From Eledone cirrhosa (taxonomy: Eukaryota): DNA of 64,000 bases. Positions 57,275-64,000 of this stretch are shown piece after piece. A program made the position numbers and the translations under genes. Each line of letters opens with the position of its first letter. Position 1 is the stretch's first letter. The DNA lies in NCBI GenBank assembly GCA_964016885.1, contig OZ024740.1:95418001-95482000 (forward strand), in the 5' to 3' direction. The notes beneath the pieces were generated by a model. The model was given only the letters and a program-made list of their open reading frames with translations. It did not search any database and was not told the DNA's origin.

Positions 57275-60200
57275 ATATAAAATAAATAAATCAAATGTTT
57301 AAATGTGGCTTCGTTTATTACTGCTATATATATTTCGGTGACAGCCATCTTTGGCTGTGACCTCTTTAGGCAGTCCGAATTAGTGTGGTAGAGACGAGTA
57401 CACATGTTGTTGAGGTGTTTAACTTTGTCAATACTCTGATATGCCCAGTTCCTGGCTGGGCTGTTATTTCACTGAGGAACTGGAATCATATGCATTTAAA
57501 CAAACGAATTTCAGCGTCAAATGACCTCTTCCCCTCTCATTGGTCAGTTGTTAGAACATTCCTCAGTCAAAAGTCTATAGAAATTCGTTCTGAGGCAAGG
57601 CAATATGTAGTGGTTGTTCTTGTTATTGTTAGGTACTTCTGACTTCTACTCATATGTTGGTAGTGGTGTTGTTGTTGGAGTCGGCTCAAAATAATGATAA
57701 AGTGGTAGAAGGAATAAGAGGGTAAAGGAACAAAATAAAATAAAATAATCAAATAAAATGTGTGTCTGTTATACCCATCTCAATGTTATAAAGATTTGTA
57801 AGGTTACTCTTCCCATTGGTCAGTTTTGAGAGCTTCCTCAGTCAAAAGCCGATAGAAATTCTTTCTGGGGTGAGGCTCCCTGTAGTGTTTGTATTTGCTA
57901 TTAAGTACATCTGACCTATACCCTAATTTTGGTAGTGTTGTTGTGGTCAGACTATGTCTTGCTGCTGCTGACATTTAGAAGTATCTGTGTGTGTGTTTCT
58001 TCATCTCTCATGTCACCATCTCTCGTCGTAATGGTGGTGGTGGTGGTGTATATGGTGGTGGTGTATTTGGTGGTGGTACCATGTATATGAAGAAATAGAT
58101 GGCAATAAAATGAAGAAAACAGAAAATAAATAATAAATAGAGAATATATGAAAAATTAATGAAAAAGTAATGAAAAATGAAAATGAAAAATGAAAAATGA
58201 AAAATGAAAAATGAAAAATGAAAATGAAAAGTGAAAAATAGGAATTAAGATTCTAATAAAATAAAATGTGTCTGTACTATAACCAATCTCAAGGTCAGAA
58301 AGATGTTGGATAAAGAGGTAGGAGGAACAAGATGATAAAATAATAAAACGGAGTAGGATAATCAAATAAAATGTGTGTGAGTTATAACCAATCTCAATTT
58401 AAATATAAATATAAGCCGATAAAATGAAGAAAACAGAAAACAAATAACACATGAAAAATGAAAAATCAAGTAAAATAAAATGTGTGTGTGTTATAAAGGT
58501 GTTGGCCAAATTAGAAAGGCTGTGTCAGAATCAATCTCAAGGCTATCATGGTGTCGGCTCAGCCTGGGTTGGCCCCTATGGATTGAGGAGACTTCACAAC
58601 CTATGGTGTTGTTACTGCCCATATCGCTTGACGGAGCTCTGGTCGAGACATGTCTACATATTCTGGAGAAGTCCCCATAGCTTGAGGGGTGTTCAGATCT
58701 TATTGTTTTGCTACTGTCCATATATCTTGAGGAAGGTCCTGGCCATGAGGTGTCTCCATGTCCTGAAGAAGTCGGTTCTGAGATTTATCAGGCGGCTTCC
58801 ACCTCTTAGTATCTCGTGGGTCTCGCTCAGACATAGTTTGCATATGCCAGATCCCAATTTATCGGGTGGCGCTTTCCTGATTATGGACCAGGCCAGAGAG
58901 TACGGGGCCCTATCCAGTTTAAGCTTCCAGATCATGTCGGAGAGAGCCGTACTTTTCCTTTTGGCCTTTTTATTGAAGGAATGGCGATGGTTATACCAGC
59001 GTTCCTTAAGGCTCGTTGATGTGCCTCATATGTAGAGGTGTGCGGAGTTGGGGGTTTTAACCCTACATCCGTATAGTAGCTTCTTCTTAAGGCATTCATC
59101 ACTAAGGGGGCATGATTCTGGGTTCCTGCAGTTGCAGAGGTTGGTCAACCTCTGCGTGCCTAGAGTGGGGTTCCTATTATGTGTTACATTGTAGGTCTTC
59201 CCCCGGGAACGGTCTGTTTGAGTTTCTTGGGTGGGCACTGGGTCTCCCTTCTCTACTTCCACATGGTTCTGCTGGGTGCTTGTATTGCCACTTTTATATT
59301 TATATTAAAGATGAGATTTGTTATACGCACACACATTTTATTTGATTATCCTACTTCGTTTTATTCTTTTACAATCTTGCACCTCCTACCACTTTATCCA
59401 ACATATTTCTGACCTTGAGATTGGTTATAGCACATTTTATTTTATTTGAATCTTCACTTTTATTTTTCACATTTCATTTTCATTTTTTCATTTTTCATTT
59501 TCATTTTTCATGACTTTTTCATTAATTCTTCATTTATTCTCTATTTATTAGTTACTTTCTGTTTTCTTCATTTTATTGCCTTCTATTTCTTCATATACAT
59601 GGCAGAAGCCCCTCCCACCACCACCACCACCACGAGAGATGGTGGCAGGAAGGATGAAGGAACACACAAACAGATACTTCTCAATGTCAGCAGCAGCAAG
59701 ACATAGGCCCACCACAACACCAACAACACTACCAAAATATATGTAGAGGTCAGATGTACTTAACAATAGCAAATACAAACACTACACGGAGCCTCAGCCC
59801 AAAAAGAATTTCTATCAACTTTTGACTGAGGAATGCTCTCAAAAATGACCAATGGGAAGAGTGACCATACAAATCTTTATAACATTGAGATGGGTATAAC
59901 ACACACACATTTTATTTGATTATTTTATTTTATTTTGTTCCTTTGTCCTCTTATTCCTTCTAACACTTTATGATTTTGTTGAGCCGACTCCAACAACAAC
60001 ACCACTACCAACATATGAGTAGAGGTCAGAAGTACCTAACAATAACAAGAACAACCACTAAATATTGCCTTGCCTCAGAACGAATTTCTATAGACTTTTG
60101 ACTGAGGAATGTTCTAACAACTGACCAATGAGAGGAGAAGAGGTCATTTGACGCTGACATTCGTTTGTTTAAATTCATATGATTCCATTTCCTCCGTGAA

Positions 60201-60395
60201 ATAACACCCCAACCAGGAACTGGGCATATCAGAGTATTGACAAAGTTAAACACCTCATCAACTTGTGTACTCGTCTCTACCACACTAATTCGGACTGCCT
60301 GAAGAGGTCACAGCCAAAGTGGCTGTCACGGAAATATATATAGCAGTAATAAACCAAGCCACATTTTAAACATTTGATTATTTATTTTATTTTAT
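57275..60395. mobile_element. Inverted pair of PLE family 1 3' fragments: minus 57275-59290, plus ~59292-60395
   Basis: GIY-YIG pieces 58711-59262; HHRs at 57320-57374 (-, core CTAAAGA) and 60294-60347 (+, intact core). Confidence 0.9.
60294..60347 (+). ncRNA. Type I hammerhead ribozyme (family 1)
   Basis: actgc-CTGAAGA-ggtcacagcc/ggctgtcacg-GAAA-tatata-TA-gcagt. Confidence 0.8.
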
Positions 60396-60503
60396 TTTAC
60401 ATTACACCGGAGTAACCAAAGCAATCTGCGCACCTCGTCGAGTGCTCCAACCTGCATACCAGGTGTTTGTATACAACCAAAACATACTCAAAATGTATAT
60501 ATA

Positions 60504-62029
60504 TTTTTATTACATGTTACCATGTGCTACCTGCAGTATTTTTCTCTATATTTTAATACATATATTTACCACTGCGATTCTGTGTTTTTCTCTCTCTCTC
60601 TTACTGTTCCCCCATTCTCTCTGTTTCTCCCCCTCTGTCTTGTCCGTTAACTCTTCCTCACACTTTCACTCACTCACTGTTTTTCTCCCTCTTCTCTTCA
60701 TTTCATCCTGCACTCACGAACGCTATTTTTTCTCTCTCGGCTCAATAGCCTTCGTTCATGCTGGTACTATTCTCTAAGCGCTCATATATTCACCTAGCTT
60801 ACGCTAAACAGAAACATTTTTGAAGCTTGTTTCTCCCCCACGGTATGCTATATTTTCTGTTGTTCTCCTGTCTCACTCACTTTACGCGTTTTAATTGTCC
60901 TAATAACTTATTTTGGTTATTATTGCACCGAAGTGAGATATATGATTTTTAATGCAATGAAATATCTATGATCTTCGGCAAATCACTGATGAGGGACTTA
61001 TTTTATTACATGTTACCATGTGCTACCTGCAGTACTTTTCTCTATATTTTAATACATATATTTACCACTGCGATTCTGTGTTTTTTTCTCTCTCTCTTAC
61101 TGTTCCCCCATTCTCTCTGTTTCTCCCCCTCTGTCTTGTCCGTTAACTCTTCCTCACACTTTCACTCACTCACTGTTTTTCTCCCTCTTCTCTTCATTTC
61201 ATCCTGCACTCACGAACGCTATTTTTTCTCTCTCTGCTCAATAGCCTTCGTTCGTGCTGGTACTATTCTCTAAGCGCTCATATATTCACCTAGCTTACGC
61301 TAAACAGAATAATTTTTGAAGCTTGTTTCTCCCCCACGGTATGCTATATTTTCTGTTGTTCTCCGGTCTCACTCGCTTTACGCGTTTTAATTGTCCTAAT
61401 AACTTATTTTGGTTATTATTGCACCGAAGTGAGATATATGATTTTTAATGCAATGAAATATCTATGATCTTCGGCAAATCACTGATGAGGGACTTTTTTT
61501 ATTACATGTTACCATGTGCTACCTGCAGTATTTTTCTCTATATTTTAATACATATATTTACCACTGCGATTCTGTGTTTTTTTCTCTCTCTCTTACTGTT
61601 CCCCCATTCTCTCTGTTTCTCCCCCTCTGTCTTGTCCGTTAACTCTTCCTCACACTTTCACTCACTCACTGTTTTTCTCCCTCTTCTCTTCATTTCATCC
61701 TGCACTCACGAACGCTATTTTTTCTCTCTCTGCTCAATAGCCTTCGTTCGTGCTGGTACAATTCTCTAAGCGCTCATATATTCACCTAGCTTACGCTAAA
61801 CAGAATAATTTTTGAAGCTTGTTTCTCCCCCACGGTATGCTATATTTTCTGTTGTTCTCCTGTCTCACTCGCTTTACGCGTTTTAATTGTCCTAATAACT
61901 TATTTTGGTTATTATTTCACCGAAGTGAGATATATGATTTTTAATGCAATGAAATATCTATGATCTTCGGCAAATCACTGATGAGGGACTTATTTTATTA
62001 CATGTTACCATGTGCTACCTGCAGTATTT

Positions 62030-62033
<4 letters not shown>
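60504..62033 (+). repeat. 496-bp tandem repeat, ~3.1 near-identical units, between TA runs
   Basis: Period from matching motifs at 60968/61464/61960; each unit carries GAAA-tatc-TA-tgat..atca-CTGATGA. Confidence 0.92.
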
Positions 62034-62068
<35 letters not shown>

Positions 62069-62942
62069 TAGAAAGGATGAATATAAAATGAAAGTGCTTT
62101 TTTTAAAAAAGGAATTTATTAGATATTTACATATGTCTCTGTAACAGACTGAGTACCTATGTATCGCTGCTTGCGTAATCATATAATGTTAGCAAGTATT
62201 CGATAGCAAATGTATAATCAGTTGTCACTTCTTCAGAGATTTTGGATAAATTGGATAAAATCAGAAAAATTGAAGTATTTATATTAGTAATAGAGGAAGA
62301 AACAGAGGGGATAGTATATGACAGATGGTAAATTAATTTACTGCTAAACAAGTATATAATGGGTTTCTAATGAGAATACCATGAGTAAATCTGAATAAGA
62401 ATTTTGGGAGTGCCAATTTTAATCTCTACTTGACCAACTGGACAGTGGGCAGGGCTGGTCATTTAGTGCAGTAGTATTAATTATAAAGTGTCAATCGAAA
62501 TCTCCCCCTTCCCCAATTGACACTTTATAATTAATACTAATGCACCAAATGACCAGCCCTGTCCACTGTCCAGTTGGTCAAGTAGAGATTAAAATTGGCA
62601 CTCTCAAAATTCTTATTTAGATTTACTCATGGTATTCTCATCAGAAACCCATTATATACTTGTTTAGCAGTAAATTAATTTACCATCTGTCATATACTAT
62701 CCCCTCTATTTCTTCCTCTATTACTAATATAAATACTTCAATTTTTCTGATTTTATCCAATTTATCCAAAATCTCTGAAGAAGTGACAACTGATTATACA
62801 TTTGCTATCGAATACTTGCTAACATTGTATGATTACGCAAGCAGCGATACATAGGTATTCAGTCTGTTACAGAAACATATGTCAATACCTAATAAATTCC
62901 TTTTTTAAAAAAAGCACTTTCATTTTATATTCATCCTTTCTA
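62069..62942. repeat. Long inverted repeat, ~427-bp arms, 20-bp spacer
   Basis: Arms 62069-62495 and 62516-62942, few mismatches; mirror ORFs 62157-62351(-) and 62660-62854(+). Confidence 0.95.
62771..62888 (+). ncRNA. Candidate hammerhead with ~90-nt rod-like stem II (mirror copy 62123-62241, -)
   Basis: CTGAAGA (62775)-a-gtgaca-actga..tcagt-c-tgttac-a-GAAA (62872)-catatg-TC; stem I poorly paired. Confidence 0.55.
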
Positions 62943-63159
62943 CATTTTCTCCGGAATATAATTTATACTCGTTGAGCAAACCTGCACGTACGCTGTTCAT
63001 CTCTAACGTAACGATATATTATAACTACATTATTGATAACCTGAAATTTTATATATATATATATATAAATATATTTATATCTGTATGTTTTATCGCTGTT
63101 CAATCAATGGTAAACATTGATTGCCAAATACGTTAGCTATGGAGATATAAAATATACAG

Positions 63160-63800
63160 ACTAGCCGAATTGCACGCGCCTTGCTGCGTTTCACACATTT
63201 TTTGTAAGAAAATTATGATTAATCTTAAATCAGAGATATTATTTATGGAGAAACACTCTACATTTCCATATTACTCACTCTAAAATGTAATGCATGAAAA
63301 ATTGGAAAACATTATTTTTTGTAATATATCAAATCAAAATTACTTTATTAAATCTTATTCTTATTTTGTTTCTCGTAAATAAAATCTTTTGGTAACAGGC
63401 ATCATATCTTGTCATTTACCTATGGATCAAATATCATAGAAATTGAAGGGACAAACTTTTCAGCGGGTGTGTGTGCTTCCTAGGAATCCTAATAGGGGGT
63501 TTATCCCCCATTAAGGTGTCTTAATATTATTGAAATTTGTTGAAATTTTGTGAATATGCATCATATCTTGTCATTTACCTGAGGGTTACATTTTTAGCGG
63601 GCTTTTTCATTGGGGACTTCTGCCACCGGGTAACCATTTGATTAAAATGAAATATACTTATCCAAGTACCCTGGACAATGTAGTCTCAGAAAATATACGG
63701 TTATGGGGGTATATTTCCAAAACTATAGGAGGCGTTCGTGAACAAACAAACAAACAAGCAAATAATAATCAGACAGGAATACCACTTCATATATATAGAT
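63160..63800 (+). mobile_element. Possible non-autonomous Helitron-like element
   Basis: Starts actagccgaattgcacgcgccttgctgcg; ends with (CAAA)n..atatatagat; internal duplication gcatcatatcttgtcatttacct. Confidence 0.35.
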
Positions 63801-64000
63801 ATACTTTTAAAAGTAAGTAATGTTCTATAAAAAAACAGTGGTTATGGAGAAAAGATGAAGTTGGAAATTGCATGGAAAATATATTTTAGGGTCTGTTTTT
63901 CTCTTTTTTTCCTATCATTGATTCTTCAAAATGACAATATTGAAAAATTGAGTTTTCTAATTTATGTAAAGTATATAATGTATTACCGGTTTCGATGTGT

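Noticed and set aside
60442-61769. Repeated 101-111 aa hydrophobic ORF
   Set aside because: Arises from CT-rich tandem unit; no recognisable domain
62157-62854. Mirror 64-aa ORFs as a gene pair
   Set aside because: By-product of the inverted repeat; non-ATG start, no homology evident

Overview
AT-rich, repeat-saturated eukaryotic (animal) non-coding DNA; the SINE and RTE-tail repeats resemble ones I recall from octopus/cephalopod genomes (inference). No host protein-coding gene is supportable. Most ORFs in the track are microsatellite artefacts or broken transposon ORFs. The window is dominated by Penelope-like elements (PLEs; RT + C-terminal GIY-YIG) of at least three families, mostly bordered by (TA)n and often arranged as inverted/fold-back pairs. 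It also holds two Dong/R4-like RLE LINEs in (TAA)n, RTE and CR1/L2-like LINE remnants, tRNA-derived SINEs and a non-coding LTR element. Reading by eye, I find over 20 intact or degenerate type I hammerhead ribozyme (HHR) motifs. The most notable signal is a family of ORF-less 520-562 bp tandem repeats with one HHR per unit. Their stem II is unusually long and shows compensatory changes between two diverged loci (34.0-34.9 kb, 43.5-44.6 kb). These are candidate retrozyme-like, circular-RNA-producing parasites of the PLEs. Three further candidates lie at 53.7, 60.5 and 62.1 kb. All RNA structures were folded by eye and are untested.
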